NCBI GenBank assembly: GCA_016212525.1
Contig: JACRGD010000005.1
Span: 90,304 to 154,303 of the forward strand
Direction: 5' to 3'
Source of the DNA: Candidatus Micrarchaeota archaeon
GTDB lineage: Archaea > Micrarchaeota > Micrarchaeia > Anstonellales > Bilamarchaeaceae
DNA: 64,000 nt
In this document: one piece after another, positions 28,235 through 37,413 of the stretch
Position numbering within the stretch: the first letter of the stretch is position 1
Layout: every line of letters begins with the position of its first letter
Made by a program: the position numbers and the translations under genes
Notes under the pieces: model-generated
Seen by the model: only the letters and a program-made list of their open reading frames with translations
Told to the model about the DNA's origin: nothing
Databases searched by the model: none

Positions 28235-31200
28235 ATGAAACGGGTATTCCTCCTAACCCTCCTGTCTCTGTTAGTATTGTCATTCTCAATTGGTCCTGGT
28301 TCTACCGAGCCAGTGCCCACTACTGACAGTATCGACATCAGTGGAATTCTTGGTTCTGGAACTGTAACCGAACTCGTCGCTTCGGGTCTAATTAGTCCGG
28401 AGTGCAGCCTTTGCGAAGATCTTTCAGCATATTCTCAATCTTTTCTCAATATTATAAATGACGATACAACCTCACATCTTCAAATCGCCCTTACTAATTC
28501 TTCACGAGCCCCTGTACAGCGCGCTCCGATAATTCTTCGAATAAATGGTAGCGGTTCTGACACCTATCGCGTTGTCTACACCAACAACCGGGGAATTGCA
28601 TCTTTCGATTACGGTCCATACAATACGAGCTGTCAGAAATTCACAGCATTCTACTGCTATGGCTACAATTCCTGCTCTTTCCTTAAGTGTCTCCATGCCC
28701 TGGGTTTTGAAGAAGGCAGCGAGCCATACTCTGATTTTAGTTCAGTGCCATTATCTCCAAGAACCATTCGTCCAACTCTTCGCCAGAGCCCTGCTCTTGT
28801 CAAATCGTCTTCGGCTACTTTCAACTACTGTCCAACTCCGACTACTACCGTTTCAACAACTCCGGCATTCTGCCTTCCTTTAGTTCTAATCGCAGTCCTG
28901 CTTCTTGGCGCTCTATATGTCTCAGGTCGAAATCCCTTTATGGCGTTCGATCTTTCCAATCCTCATGTAGGCAAACACATCCGCTATACTGCACGACAAA
29001 GAAACATTTATCATATGGATACTGTCGGTGCCGCAACTGCCATTACTAAAGTAGTCGGTGCTGTTGCAAATCCAACCCAGACCCGCTCTACTGAGAGTCA
29101 ACAACTCAGATCTGGTTCGGGAATGGTGGGTTTAGCAGGCGGTCTTACTGGTGGAATCCGTGGTGCGGTGCAGGGAGCTAGAGGTCTTGGTACTGCTGTC
29201 CGATCTGCTGGCGCTAATGCCCGAAACCCTACTGCTACTGGTCCTAGGCCAAGTACTGCCCGGACAATTGGCAATGCTTTTACACAATCCCTGGGTGGTT
29301 CTTCTCTTGGTCGTATGATTGGCGGAATTGTAGCTGCCGGCCGAGGTGGCGATCCATCTACTACTCTCTTAAGTCGAATTGGTAACATTGCACTAGCAGT
29401 TCTTACGAACAGTAGCTTCGGATATCTTGTTTCTGAACTTGGCGCTACGGTTCGATCACTCCGACTCGATGCAAATCTTGAGCGGGCATTACAAAATTAC
29501 ACCAACTTCCAGCATCATGTCGATCGAAGAGAAACTACTACTGTTGATGGTGAACAGGTTACCGTTACTATGCGCTACACGCTCACCGCAAGAAACGGCA
29601 GAATGGAAATGACTGTTGCCCAGGTTCGTGAAAATGGCGATGTTATTCCAAATTCCAGCCGGCCTGTTTTGCAATCTGCTCTTCCTGAAGAAGTTTCAAG
29701 ATCTTTCGGGACTCAAATTCACGACCGTGCACTAACTTACTATCGGACTTCTGCAGTTGAAAACGGTCGCTCGGCAAATGACGAGACGATTCGTCTTGGT
29801 CAATTGGCATCCGCTGCTGCTTCAGGTCGAAGTCTTTCTGACTTAGCTCCGGATAGTCCACTTCGCGCAGCTCTCGCAGCAAATGGTCTGGTCTTTGGCA
29901 CATCTGATGAGCGATTACAACTGGGTCGCGCTGTTGCTGCAGCACTTACTGATCCTTCTGTTCAAAGTAGTCCTGCGTTCTGGGAAGCACTTTCCTCTGC
30001 AGTAGGTGAGCGCAATGCCCGTGAAATGTTCGTATCTGCAAACCGGATAGTTGCTTACAATGCCGAAGCAGCATATTCCGAGCGTCGGGCGGCTTTATTG
30101 GAAACAATGCCTGGTAATGTTATCATGTCCAATCAAATGTTCATGGCATATCAGTCGCTCATGGCCCATGCCAATGGATCAGCTGCACAGAACCTCGCTG
30201 CGACTGCTTTGGCTAATGTTGCAAGTTCTACTTCAGAATCCTTTTCCTTTAATGCCGGAGGCGAACAAGGTGGTTCATTAATTGGCCGGTTCAGAACTGC
30301 AGCTGATCTAGCTGCTGCTTCTTCAGAGCAGGATCTTGCAATTTTAGGTATCGCCCGGGCCACTGCACTTAATCCCCAATTAAACATTCCAAATGTGGGT
30401 AATATGCTCGAGCGATTTAGTGCAGATCCTATTGCTAATGATGCTGCCGGTCTCCTTGGTGCAAATGCTGAACAATTTAATCGAGCTACTGTAGCTGATG
30501 GTACTAGAGTTTATTCAGAATCCGCAGCTGAAGTTCGGGATTACTGGCGTGGTATCGGTCAACTTACTGGTGTTTATGCCGCTTCCGAGGGCGATTCCAT
30601 GGCAGCCGCCCGACTTAATCTCCCAACGATTGCACAAATTACTACTAATTTCACTTCTGACGATAGTCATGTTGATGCCACTCGTTATGTCCGTGCGCTT
30701 GTGCATGCTCAGATGAATGGAGATAGTGTTCAGTTAGATCGCATTTTGGCTTCTTTGGATCGCTATGGTCATGCATCCGATCCAGAATCCCGGGCTGCCG
30801 AATCAGTTCGATTAAGTACACTCGAATCGGTTTCAACTGCCCAAGCAAACGTTCGTGCACAGGGCCTTGAAGTCATAGATCGTCAGAGAACATTCGAGTT
30901 TGCAAGGCGCGATCTTCAACAGCAGATCGATGCTTTGCCTTCGGACGATCCAAGGCGTTCAATATTAGAGCAGCGAATCGAATCTCTTGCAGCTGCATAT
31001 GTTCAATATACTGAGGCCTCATCTGCCCGCAGTGCAGCACCTGGTGTTGAAACTTCCCAGGTGGGAGTTACTACCGATCGACTGTTCCTTCAGGCAGATG
31101 CAAACTTCCGCACTCTTGTTGCGACTTCCCTTGGCGGTCGAATCGATGGCTATATAGAGACTAATCTATCTGCTCCTGCAAGAACCCAATTCGTTGAGGA

Positions 31201-31996
31201 TCGTACTGCAATTGCAAATACTGACGCGGCCGTTTCCGGATCAAGAATCCCTGATATAATTCGTACTATTCCAAATTATGAAAATTTGGATCGCTCACAA
31301 TTGGCTTCTGCTGTTACTCAAAGAAGTGCGTTTCCTTATGAGCAGGCAAGAGTTGCTGCAATTTCTGACGTTTCCGAATCCGATCTTCATGATTTTGTCG
31401 GATCGTTAAGGCAGCGGGAACTGGATGCTTTGCATCGTCGTCATGAGTCTTCTGTTTCTGATCTTCGTGCCGGTAGCTATGCTCAGGAAGAGAGGGCAAT
31501 AAATGAACGTTATGATCGGGTTGAGCAAGCCTATGAACATATGAATACTGCCCGTTCCGAATCTGTTACCGAATCAAGGCGCATAGATCGCGAAGAGTTC
31601 AGTGATGGTACTTCAGAATCTCCGCGTGCTGGTACTACCTCCTATAGAAGTTCTGCTTCTTACGCGGGCCGAAGAGCGGCTTCAGATACTAATCGGAATA
31701 CTGCCGAATCTGACTTCCGTGAATCTGTACGAGACACGTTTGGTGGTGCTTCTGCCGGTTCAGGTTCAATGCAGACCCACATTGATCGATTCCTTGATAA
31801 TCATGCCTCTAATCAATCTGCCGCTACACTTAGGGGTGCACGTGAACGACTTCTTGCTGTTCCCGGGTCTTCTAATACGGATGTATTGAGCGATCATCTT
31901 CCTACCTATATGCCTACTGGTGCACCAACTGACTTTAGTGGTCGGTCCACTCAATTCGTCTTTGATCCGGTTACTCGAACCATGGTTGCAAGATAA
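28235..31996 (+). CDS. Large single-pass membrane protein (1253 aa), hypothetical
   Basis: Signal peptide, Cys-containing Ig-like ectodomain, TM near aa 215-230, then a Gly/Ala-rich and helical tail of about 1000 aa. Confidence 0.7.
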   Translation: MKRVFLLTLLSLLVLSFSIGPGSTEPVPTTDSIDISGILGSGTVTELVASGLISPECSLCEDLSAYSQSFLNIINDDTTSHLQIALTNSSRAPVQRAPIILRINGSGSDTYRVVYTNNRGIASFDYGPYNTSCQKFTAFYCYGYNSCSFLKCLHALGFEEGSEPYSDFSSVPLSPRTIRPTLRQSPALVKSSSATFNYCPTPTTTVSTTPAFCLPLVLIAVLLLGALYVSGRNPFMAFDLSNPHVGKHIRYTARQRNIYHMDTVGAATAITKVVGAVANPTQTRSTESQQLRSGSGMVGLAGGLTGGIRGAVQGARGLGTAVRSAGANARNPTATGPRPSTARTIGNAFTQSLGGSSLGRMIGGIVAAGRGGDPSTTLLSRIGNIALAVLTNSSFGYLVSELGATVRSLRLDANLERALQNYTNFQHHVDRRETTTVDGEQVTVTMRYTLTARNGRMEMTVAQVRENGDVIPNSSRPVLQSALPEEVSRSFGTQIHDRALTYYRTSAVENGRSANDETIRLGQLASAAASGRSLSDLAPDSPLRAALAANGLVFGTSDERLQLGRAVAAALTDPSVQSSPAFWEALSSAVGERNAREMFVSANRIVAYNAEAAYSERRAALLETMPGNVIMSNQMFMAYQSLMAHANGSAAQNLAATALANVASSTSESFSFNAGGEQGGSLIGRFRTAADLAAASSEQDLAILGIARATALNPQLNIPNVGNMLERFSADPIANDAAGLLGANAEQFNRATVADGTRVYSESAAEVRDYWRGIGQLTGVYAASEGDSMAAARLNLPTIAQITTNFTSDDSHVDATRYVRALVHAQMNGDSVQLDRILASLDRYGHASDPESRAAESVRLSTLESVSTAQANVRAQGLEVIDRQRTFEFARRDLQQQIDALPSDDPRRSILEQRIESLAAAYVQYTEASSARSAAPGVETSQVGVTTDRLFLQADANFRTLVATSLGGRIDGYIETNLSAPARTQFVEDRTAIANTDAAVSGSRIPDIIRTIPNYENLDRSQLASAVTQRSAFPYEQARVAAISDVSESDLHDFVGSLRQRELDALHRRHESSVSDLRAGSYAQEERAINERYDRVEQAYEHMNTARSESVTESRRIDREEFSDGTSESPRAGTTSYRSSASYAGRRAASDTNRNTAESDFRESVRDTFGGASAGSGSMQTHIDRFLDNHASNQSAATLRGARERLLAVPGSSNTDVLSDHLPTYMPTGAPTDFSGRSTQFVFDPVTRTMVAR

Positions 31997-32260
31997 TTTC
32001 TATTTCTCTTGAGAATCTGAATCATTGTTTGTTCTACTGACTTACAAATACTATCATTTTGATAAATTGATTTAATGAAATGATATGCCTTTTGATAAAA
32101 AATTTTGGTAAAATGTACTAATTTTCTATTAGAAGTGCCTGATTATTGTCAATTGGACGAAAAAATTAGTAATCGCCGACACCACGCGAAACGGCCTAAG
32201 CGAAGCGAAGGACGTGCAGCTAAGGACGCAAGCAGAGGAAGCCCAGCGCGAACGCGAAGT

Positions 32261-32338
32261 TCCTCAGGGCTTTGACCAACTCCTTTACTTTGCCATAAGT
32301 TATGCTCAAGTCAAAGTAATGGGTCGCCGACGCCAGGA
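32261..32338 (-). repeat. tRNA-associated hairpin element, copy A, preceded by a 14-bp copy of the tRNA-Ser 3' end
   Basis: 32325-32338 is identical to 32392-32405. The following core CCCATTACTTTGACTTGAGCATAACTTATGGCAAAGTAAAGGAGTTGGTCAAAGCCCTGAGGA aligns with 56919-56978. Confidence 0.75.
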
Positions 32339-32391
32339 CGCGACCCGATTGCAAAGGAGGGGAAGCATCCTGGATAGGCGGAACAAATTGA

Positions 32392-32526
32392 CGCCGACGC
32401 CAGGATTTGAACCTGGAATCCACGAGGGATCAGTTTGCTTGAATATTTTTAGTCAATTTTTTGGTCAAGCTTTTTGCCAAAAAGGTTGTTCAAGACTGAC
32501 GCACTACCGGGTTATGCGACGTCGGC
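32392..32526 (-). tRNA. tRNA-Ser(UGA) with a 53-nt intron at 37/38 (32436-32488)
   Basis: Acceptor GCCGACG/CGTCGGC with G73, anticodon stem TCAGT/ACTGA, loop CT-TGA-A, long variable arm, T arm CCAGG-TTCAAAT-CCTGG; BHB core CTTG/CAAG. Confidence 0.92.
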
Positions 32527-32581
32527 ATAATTAGCTATTATTTATGTGTTTGATTCCTTTTTAATTCTTTTTCCTTTGTGC

Positions 32582-33157
32582 TTATTCCATTTCATGCTCC
32601 CCTTCTTCGCCTTTTATCTGAGGCTGCTCTGATGGAGCGGGTTCCTGGGTTGATGATTCTGACTCCTGATTCAGGGTGGTCTGCGAATTGTCTGGAACAA
32701 CCGGCACATTCTGTATCACAAAATACTTTCTGAATTTGTCTGTAAGCACTAGTTTAGTTGTTCTGCCTGCACGCGGTGTTTTTACAAATCCCGCTTCAAC
32801 CAGTTCTTTTACGTCTATATAAACCTGGCTTCCAATTCTCTTTACTAGGTCTGATTTAAGCATTCCGTCATGTTTGGAAATGTACGCCAGCGTTCTAAGT
32901 GCGCTTTTGCTTAGTTCAGTTTCCTGGGCATATTGTTTTACCTTCTCGACATATTCTGGTCTGATACGCATCTCATATCTGCCATCGTTCTCGCTTATCT
33001 CGATTGCCCGATCGACATATTCTTTTTTTAGTTCCTCTATTGTGCTTTGCAAGAATCCAAGTGCTCCTATTCCTGTGAGTGTGCGAAATTCTTCGAGCGC
33101 CATGGGTCTTGCACTCATGAACAGTGCAGCTTCAATTAGTTTTTTCTCTTCTTTCAT
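32582..33157 (-). CDS. scpB: SMC-Scp complex subunit ScpB
   Basis: LIEAALFMS..P, ELSKSALRTLAYI, T.KF.KYF motifs. Confidence 0.9.
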   Translation of the reverse strand: MKEEKKLIEAALFMSARPMALEEFRTLTGIGALGFLQSTIEELKKEYVDRAIEISENDGRYEMRIRPEYVEKVKQYAQETELSKSALRTLAYISKHDGMLKSDLVKRIGSQVYIDVKELVEAGFVKTPRAGRTTKLVLTDKFRKYFVIQNVPVVPDNSQTTLNQESESSTQEPAPSEQPQIKGEEGEHEME

Positions 33158-33683
33158 TGTAATCCCGCAAAAGGTCAAGTGTTTGTTTGACGTCGTATCT
33201 TATTCGATCAATCTTTTTCCGTTTGGCCTTTATTGCGAAAACTATACTCGCTAAACTTTCTTTAATGCTTCTGCTGCTCGTTTCAATCTGCAATACTCGT
33301 TTCTGTCGTTTCTCGGCGTTTATCAGACAATAGTCGAGCGCCTCGGCAAGTAGGTTTTCCTCTACTTTCCATCTGGGATATTTTCTTCTTATTAGTCTTT
33401 TTAGTAGTGTTTTGGGCTCTGTTCGAAGTACTATGGCAACGTCTGTTTTAACTTCGATTTCGCAGGCCAAATGTCCCTCTATTATATAGTTGCTGCAATT
33501 TTTGGTAACCTCATTTACTATCTTCTGAAGCTTTCTCGTATCTACCTGATCGTTCTTCTCGATGAGTTTGTTCTCCCTGGCTACTTCACTTAGGTCTATT
33601 AGAGGTATCTCCAGTTTCTTTGAAAGCGCCCTGGCAATTGTGCTCTTTCCTACTCCGGGTGTGCCAGTTATCATAATTTTCAT
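33132..33683 (-). CDS. Atypical adenylate kinase (AK6/Fap7 family)
   Basis: ITGTPGVGKST, IIEGHLA, VLRT..L..RL..R.Y...KV.EN..AE. Confidence 0.88.
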   Translation of the reverse strand: MKIMITGTPGVGKSTIARALSKKLEIPLIDLSEVARENKLIEKNDQVDTRKLQKIVNEVTKNCSNYIIEGHLACEIEVKTDVAIVLRTEPKTLLKRLIRRKYPRWKVEENLLAEALDYCLINAEKRQKRVLQIETSSRSIKESLASIVFAIKAKRKKIDRIRYDVKQTLDLLRDYNERREKTN

Positions 33684-33702
33684 GTTTTCGCCTTTTAATG
33701 GT

Positions 33703-34023
33703 CTATAACTTTCCCGAGAGCTCCTTTAGATATTCCCGTGCGAGCTTTAGTGCTTCCCTTCCCTTCTCGCTCATCTGATAATATTTTCGTCTTTCCCTGT
33801 ATTTTGAACTAATAAGTCCTTCGGATTCGAGTTTATAGAGCACTACGTATATTAGTATTTTATTGGGTTTAAATCCATGTTTTTCCTCTATTTCTCCGTC
33901 GAGTCTATATGCATATGTCTCGTTCTTTTCCAGGATCGATAATATATAGAGCCAGAGGTTTTCCGTCGTTAGCAGACTCTTAAGTCTCTTTATCGGCTTT
34001 GGTTGTTCCTTTTCGCTCATCAA
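33703..34023 (-). CDS. PadR-family transcriptional regulator
   Basis: Winged HTH: YAY.L, YVVLYKLESEGLI, RKYY.MSEKG. Confidence 0.85.
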   Translation of the reverse strand: MMSEKEQPKPIKRLKSLLTTENLWLYILSILEKNETYAYRLDGEIEEKHGFKPNKILIYVVLYKLESEGLISSKYRERRKYYQMSEKGREALKLAREYLKELSGKL

Positions 34024-34071
34024 TTTAGACTCGTCTGCTTTGTTTTTTAATATTGTCTGTCATTTAGTTTT

Positions 34072-34413
34072 ATGGGATTATCTGATGTCTTTAAGGGCAT
34101 GTTTTCCAAGAAATCCGAAATGCCCGAGGGCAAAGGTACAAATGAACTTAAATGCCCCAATTGCGCGACTCCCATTAGTCTTTCAATGGAGCGATGTCCC
34201 AGCTGTGGCGTGCGTATAAAAAGTATGTTTCGGATGCGCTGTCCAAAATGCAATGCGCTCAATGAACTGGGTTCGAAAAAGTGTTCCAAGTGCTTTTACG
34301 ACTTTTCAGTGCCTTCCGAAAAGCCTAAAAAAAGTTATGTATGTCCAATATGTGGGTATGAAATGGATACATTCCTTACTTCGTGTCCGGCGTGCTCAAC
34401 CTCTTTCGTGTGA
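34072..34413 (+). CDS. Multi zinc-ribbon protein
   Basis: Six CxxC pairs (CPNC, CPSC, CPKC, CSKC, CPIC, CPAC). Confidence 0.8.
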   Translation: MGLSDVFKGMFSKKSEMPEGKGTNELKCPNCATPISLSMERCPSCGVRIKSMFRMRCPKCNALNELGSKKCSKCFYDFSVPSEKPKKSYVCPICGYEMDTFLTSCPACSTSFV

Positions 34414-34429
34414 GGCGGTGTAACTATTC

Positions 34430-34996
34430 ATGGAAACATTCAAGACTGAAAAATCCGAGAAAAAAGAGGAGCCTGTTCAAAAGAAAAAATTTCTCAACCT
34501 TTTAGACGAGGACGAGGTCGAAATAAAACGTCTTGATTCTGAGGATATCGAGGAAAGTGTTGCTGTAATGCGCAAATGCTCATTTGATGTTACTGACAAG
34601 GAAGTAGGATCTATCGTTGCCTATGAGAAGAGCTTTGGAGCGACTGTCAACCGGATGATTATCGGCGTAGGCCTTGCATGGCCTGCTTATTTTGATCCAA
34701 AAACCAAGACTTTAACCTCGGCAACTCCAAATTGCCTGTATCTGGAAGACCCGGCAGTTCTTCTTGCCTATGAGGGAAGAGGAGTTCGAAGAATTCTGGT
34801 CAAGGAACGTGAGAATGAAGCACGCAACCTTGGATACAAATATGCAGTTGCCTATCTTTCCGAGGATTTGCCAAAGGGCGAAGTTACTGACTATATTCGG
34901 GAGGGCGGATCTGCCTTAGAGCGGCTCTATCTTACTGAAAATTACGAATTCGCGAAAACTGAACGAGGTATTCTGGCTTTTAAGAAACTTGATTAA
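34430..34996 (+). CDS. GNAT-family acetyltransferase-like protein
   Basis: AVLLAYEGRGVRRILV acetyl-CoA motif A; LERLY...YE. Confidence 0.65.
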   Translation: METFKTEKSEKKEEPVQKKKFLNLLDEDEVEIKRLDSEDIEESVAVMRKCSFDVTDKEVGSIVAYEKSFGATVNRMIIGVGLAWPAYFDPKTKTLTSATPNCLYLEDPAVLLAYEGRGVRRILVKERENEARNLGYKYAVAYLSEDLPKGEVTDYIREGGSALERLYLTENYEFAKTERGILAFKKLD

Positions 34997-35024
34997 GACT
35001 AATTAATTCAAATCTCAAGTGCCT

Positions 35025-35576
35025 CTATTTTCCTGATTTCTTCTCCTTTGTCTGCTTTTTAGCCGCGCCTTTCTTCTGCTCTGCATTGCCTTTACTTGTA
35101 TTCATCTTTAGTACGTCTCTCTTTCTCATGCCCTCTAAATGATATGGCATGATTATTTTCTTTTCTTTGGCAGAAACAAAGCTCATCTTCTCTTCCAGTT
35201 CATCGTCAACATGGCCTGCGCTCACTACGTTTTTGAAGCCAAGTTCGCGTGAAACCTGCTTTAGTTGCGAGAACATTTTTCCTTCGCAGGTTACCCCATC
35301 CTCATTTTTCACGACCCGATGTTCTATTCCGATCTGTTTTGCTACTCTTCTGATGTCTTCCAATTCTTCTTTTGGATAATTAAATGGTAAAACTGTTACT
35401 GCGATTGCCTTATCACCTAGCTCTTCTCTGCATACTCGTGCGAGTATTGTGCTATCTAGACTTCCTGAGAATGCAACAAGTGTTGTTTCGAGGTTTCTTA
35501 TTCTTTTGCGTATCCGATCCTCGCTTCCGGCTAATGTTTTATCTACGCTTTTTTTCGTTACTTTTTTCTTTTGCAT
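35025..35576 (-). CDS. Truncated LarE-like PP-loop protein
   Basis: LVAFSGSLDST, ELGDKAIAVT, AKQIGIEH match the LarE N-terminus; the C-terminal part is absent. Confidence 0.6.
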   Translation of the reverse strand: MQKKKVTKKSVDKTLAGSEDRIRKRIRNLETTLVAFSGSLDSTILARVCREELGDKAIAVTVLPFNYPKEELEDIRRVAKQIGIEHRVVKNEDGVTCEGKMFSQLKQVSRELGFKNVVSAGHVDDELEEKMSFVSAKEKKIIMPYHLEGMRKRDVLKMNTSKGNAEQKKGAAKKQTKEKKSGK

Positions 35577-35628
35577 ACTTATAATCTCTGTTGCTTTGTA
35601 TTTTAAATTTTGGGGACGTACTTATCCC

Positions 35629-37413
35629 ATGTCCAAGCGATTATTTTTTCTATTATCTTTAGTTCTGGTTCTTTCTCTTTCCTACTCAGAATCGTGCATT
35701 GGTACGTTCCATCATTATCTCCCGGCCGTTGTCGGCTCGAACGGTGGACTCGTCAACATGACTATGCGTCTTTTGCCGGGTAATGGGACTATATACGTCT
35801 CCATCTCCCCCAGAATCGGTACTACGACTCAGGATTCGATTTCCCAGGCCATTCAATATGCATATCTATATTCTTCCAAATCTCGCGAGTGCGACATAAT
35901 CGTTTCATTTGACACTTCATTCCCGACTGAATCGATCGATGGGCCTAGCGCCGGAGCATCGGTTTCGGCAATGACGTTTGCCGCAATAAACAATCTGCCC
36001 TTTAGGTCCGATACGATAATAACTGGTACGATCGAGCCGGATGGGAGTATTGGTCTTGTTGGTGGCATGTACGAGAAAGCCCTCGCCTCGGCACAAATGG
36101 GTGCGAAATATTTTATTGCTCCAAAAGATTCGTTTTTGGAACTTTTGCTCCTTAAGCGAATAGAATCCAAATATCCGATCAAAATACTTACTGCAAAAAA
36201 GATTTCAGAAGTCTTTGGGTTTATGAGTTTAAATCGGACTATTGCAGATGTTCCTGATGATGTGTCAAATCGTCCCATCCCCCAACTCTCCCAATATACT
36301 ACCTACAATCTTAGCTCATTTACTCCAGTTGCCCGGTCTATGATTAATTCCCATTCACAGATCCTCAATAACTTTCCCAATGGCCCCGAAATCACTTCTA
36401 TTCACTCGTTTTACGAAAATGAACTTGATCGGGAGCAGGCAGTTCTAAATAAAGGCTATGTATTTACTGCTGCTAACGACGCATTCCTCAATTACATCGA
36501 TATGACTACTATTTCAGCATTATATGATTCTGAAGTTAGTATCTCTTCTACTAAACGAGAAATCTCTTCGTGCCTAAGCTCAAGCGTCAGGCCGGCTTTC
36601 TCAGATTCGAATTTCGAATGGGTTATTGGTTCTGACTTAAGGAGATCCTGGGCCGGACAAAGACTTGCAAAACTTAATGTTACTGATGAAAATCGCAAAT
36701 TAACTGATGAATTGCTTTCAGATTATCGCTATCTTATTTATGGCAAAGCCTGGTGTAACATTTCCCAATCTATGCTACAAAATGCTCCTGCTCCCTCTTC
36801 TATGCTTAATGAATCATTGCTTAGAGATTTGGCTTACGAAAAGCTTGCTTTGGCAAAGTCTTTTGACCTTACCAATGAGGATCTAAAATCCAGAATTGAT
36901 TCTTCCTCCTCTTTGTTCGCTTTGGGTCGATATGGTGCATCACTCTATGATTCGCAGTATGTTATTTCAATGACTCACGCAACGTCTATTTTATCCAATT
37001 CCTCAAATGTCTCTAATATTTTTGATCCGCTACTTTCAAAAAGAAATTACACTTCTCTTTGGGCTCAGATTTACTCTTCACAGGCAGCATTTCTCTTGGC
37101 ACAGAAAGATCTTGGCTCGGCATATCGAATCGTGCTTTACGCGGATGATCTGGAGTCTCTCAACGGACAGATGTTATCGATTCTAAAACCTGCTTCCTTA
37201 TCCAATTCAACCTCTGCCCTTACACCTGCTTCTGTTTCAGAAACTCCGGATTCTGGATCTGATTTTATCTTCAATTTCCAGCTTCTTTGCTTCATTGGTG
37301 CTATCATAATACTTTTATTGTTTGTCGCTATAACCTTTTATGTCGGGAAAAAATATGGAAATAAAACTAACTCAAGTCGTAAGGTTTATCGAACTCCGAA
37401 AGAAAAAGTCTGA
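35629..37413 (+). CDS. Secreted, membrane-anchored S16 (Lon-type) protease without an ATPase domain
   Basis: Signal peptide, IDGPSAG (Ser), TGTIEPDGSIGLVGGMYEK (Lys), C-terminal TM helix. Confidence 0.85.
   Translation: MSKRLFFLLSLVLVLSLSYSESCIGTFHHYLPAVVGSNGGLVNMTMRLLPGNGTIYVSISPRIGTTTQDSISQAIQYAYLYSSKSRECDIIVSFDTSFPTESIDGPSAGASVSAMTFAAINNLPFRSDTIITGTIEPDGSIGLVGGMYEKALASAQMGAKYFIAPKDSFLELLLLKRIESKYPIKILTAKKISEVFGFMSLNRTIADVPDDVSNRPIPQLSQYTTYNLSSFTPVARSMINSHSQILNNFPNGPEITSIHSFYENELDREQAVLNKGYVFTAANDAFLNYIDMTTISALYDSEVSISSTKREISSCLSSSVRPAFSDSNFEWVIGSDLRRSWAGQRLAKLNVTDENRKLTDELLSDYRYLIYGKAWCNISQSMLQNAPAPSSMLNESLLRDLAYEKLALAKSFDLTNEDLKSRIDSSSSLFALGRYGASLYDSQYVISMTHATSILSNSSNVSNIFDPLLSKRNYTSLWAQIYSSQAAFLLAQKDLGSAYRIVLYADDLESLNGQMLSILKPASLSNSTSALTPASVSETPDSGSDFIFNFQLLCFIGAIIILLLFVAITFYVGKKYGNKTNSSRKVYRTPKEKV

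Noticed and set aside
32173..32405. CRISPR array or prophage att site at tRNA-Ser
   Set aside because: Only 2-3 short, unevenly spaced copies that match the tRNA itself; no integrase or viral genes nearby.
32214..32534. ORFs 32214-32534 (+) and 32220-32423 (-)
   Set aside because: They overlap tRNA-Ser and the GC-rich repeat region and have no protein features.
34047..34289. Minus-strand ORF with HFGQ/QLGH repeats
   Set aside because: Antisense shadow of the CxxC codons of the zinc-ribbon gene.
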